DNA of 64,000 nucleotides from NCBI RefSeq assembly GCF_056746865.1, contig NZ_CM163382.1; one strand, 5' to 3'. Shown piece by piece: positions 62,592 to 64,000 of this stretch (position 1 is its first letter; each line of letters starts with the position of its first letter). The notes under the pieces were generated by a model. It saw only the letters and a program-made list of their open reading frames with translations, ran no database searches and was not told where the DNA came from. The position numbers and the translations under genes were made by a program.

Positions 62592-64000
62592 TTATGCCAA
62601 ACGTTCAAGGGCAATCAGCATGGCGCTTTCCGGATCCAGTACGGGAAGCTGAATACCGGCCTGCGCCAGCCATTCCCCACTGATGTCGGAGGTCTGGTTC
62701 ATCCAGCCGGGCAGCCTGCGCATGGTATGCCCGCCTTCACCGACCAGCTGAATATCCGGATGGTCAACAACACGAAGCCGGTAACGGGCCTGTGGTGCCA
62801 GCCCCGGAAAACGTAGAGCACCCGGCAGGGTGTGATCCGGCATGGCAAGCTGGCTCACCAGGAAGAGCGCCTGCGACTGATCCGGGCTGACCACCCCCTG
62901 CACCTGTGTCGCCGCATCCGGCATATCCACCCGCCATAGGGTGCCCGTGTGGATAAGCTGCCGCCATTCTTTGTAGAGCGAGGCATAGCGGCGGTAACCG
63001 GCGGATTCCTCTTCTCCGGCCGTTACCGGATCCAGCTCCAGTCCCATATGACCGAACAGGGCCGTCAGACCGCGAAAGGCAATGCTGTGCTGCCGGAAGG
63101 TGGCATGGCAGCGATGATGACCGATGTGTGCCCCCATAACCTCCGGCGGGAAAAAGTAACTCATGCCACGCTGTATGGTGCAGCGCTCCAGGGCGTCATT
63201 GTTGTCAGAAGCCCAGAAGCGGTGCGTGCGGGTCAGAACCTCAAAGTCGATACGTCCACCGCCGGAAGCGCAGGACTCAAACTCAACACGGGGAAAACGT
63301 TCGCGCAGGAGATCCAGCAGCCGGTAAAACTGACGGGTCTGCGCGTCCGCCGCCGCCCGACCTTCATGCCCGGCCTGGACCAGCTCGCGGTTCATGTCCC
63401 ATTTCACATAGTCAACTGGGTGTTCGCCCAGCAGCCATAAACAGCGTTCATAAATGTAAGCAAAGGCCTCAGGAATGTTCAGGTTGAGAACATACTGATG
63501 TCTCCCGGTTGGTTGTGTGTACCCCGGCATTGACAGTACCCAGTCAGGATGGCGGCGAAAGAGGTCAGAGTCCGGGTTAATCATTTCCGGTTCCACCCAG
63601 ATACCGAACTCCATGCCGAGTGATTTCACATGGTTAATCACCGGCATCAGTCCGTCCGGATACTTCTGTTCATCCAGATACCAGTCGCCCAGAGCCGCAT
63701 GGTCATCATTGCGTCCCTTAAACCAGCCGTCGTCGATAATGAAACGTTCAACGCCAAGCGCTGCCGCACGTCCGGCCATCTGCATGATGTAGTTCGGGTC
63801 GTGGTCAAAATAAATACCTTCCCAGGTATTGAGGTGCACCGGACGGGGTTTCTGCTCAGGAAAACGGATGATTTCATCGCGCAGAAAACGGTGGTACTGC
63901 TGACTCATACCATTGAGCCCCTCCGGGGAATAGCTGGCGTACAGCCACGGCGTGTACACGGTCTCATCCTTCTTCAGGGCTTTTTCTCCGGGCATCCACA
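62592..64000 (-). CDS. rafA: GH36 alpha-galactosidase (RafA-like), partial (N-terminus beyond window end)
   Basis: C-terminal ~470 aa of a GH36 enzyme; frame open to the window edge. Confidence 0.85.
   Translation of the reverse strand, partial: WMPGEKALKKDETVYTPWLYASYSPEGLNGMSQQYHRFLRDEIIRFPEQKPRPVHLNTWEGIYFDHDPNYIMQMAGRAAALGVERFIIDDGWFKGRNDDHAALGDWYLDEQKYPDGLMPVINHVKSLGMEFGIWVEPEMINPDSDLFRRHPDWVLSMPGYTQPTGRHQYVLNLNIPEAFAYIYERCLWLLGEHPVDYVKWDMNRELVQAGHEGRAAADAQTRQFYRLLDLLRERFPRVEFESCASGGGRIDFEVLTRTHRFWASDNNDALERCTIQRGMSYFFPPEVMGAHIGHHRCHATFRQHSIAFRGLTALFGHMGLELDPVTAGEEESAGYRRYASLYKEWRQLIHTGTLWRVDMPDAATQVQGVVSPDQSQALFLVSQLAMPDHTLPGALRFPGLAPQARYRLRVVDHPDIQLVGEGGHTMRRLPGWMNQTSDISGEWLAQAGIQLPVLDPESAMLIALERLA

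Overview
Enterobacterial (E. coli-like) chromosome window. Positions 1-18078 are a conserved core block (glnE partial, ygiF, ygiM, cca, uppP, folB, plsY, ttdR-ttdABT, tsaD, rpsU-dnaG-rpoD, mug, tRNA-Ile CAU). Everything after the tRNA is a mosaic accessory region: a CP4-44-type module (cbtA/cbeA toxin-antitoxin, yeeT, yeeS, antirestriction, DUF932, antigen 43 with its GATC phase switch, yeeP-like GTPase); a type IC restriction-modification system (hsdM-hsdS-hsdR, EcoR124I-like, TAEL x2 repeat in hsdS); two near-identical 2.46 kb copies of IS5 each carrying a nested IS911-like element, flanking a 5.4 kb DMSO-reductase-family operon with an FNR box; a truncated GntP permease; a lactate cluster (dld-like, lutABC/ykgEFG, lactate permease); a group II intron sitting in a chimeric IS629/IS911 element; an IS256-family remnant; and a raffinose/sucrose cluster (porin, fructokinase, EIIA-Glc-like, GH32 invertase, LacY-type permease, GH36 alpha-galactosidase partial). 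No single clearly new system was found; the best candidates are the uncharacterised genes coupled to cbtA, the IS-bracketed molybdoenzyme operon and the EcoR124I-like R-M system with different recognition domains. All identifications come from reading the sequence and ORF translations against remembered protein families; no database search was run.
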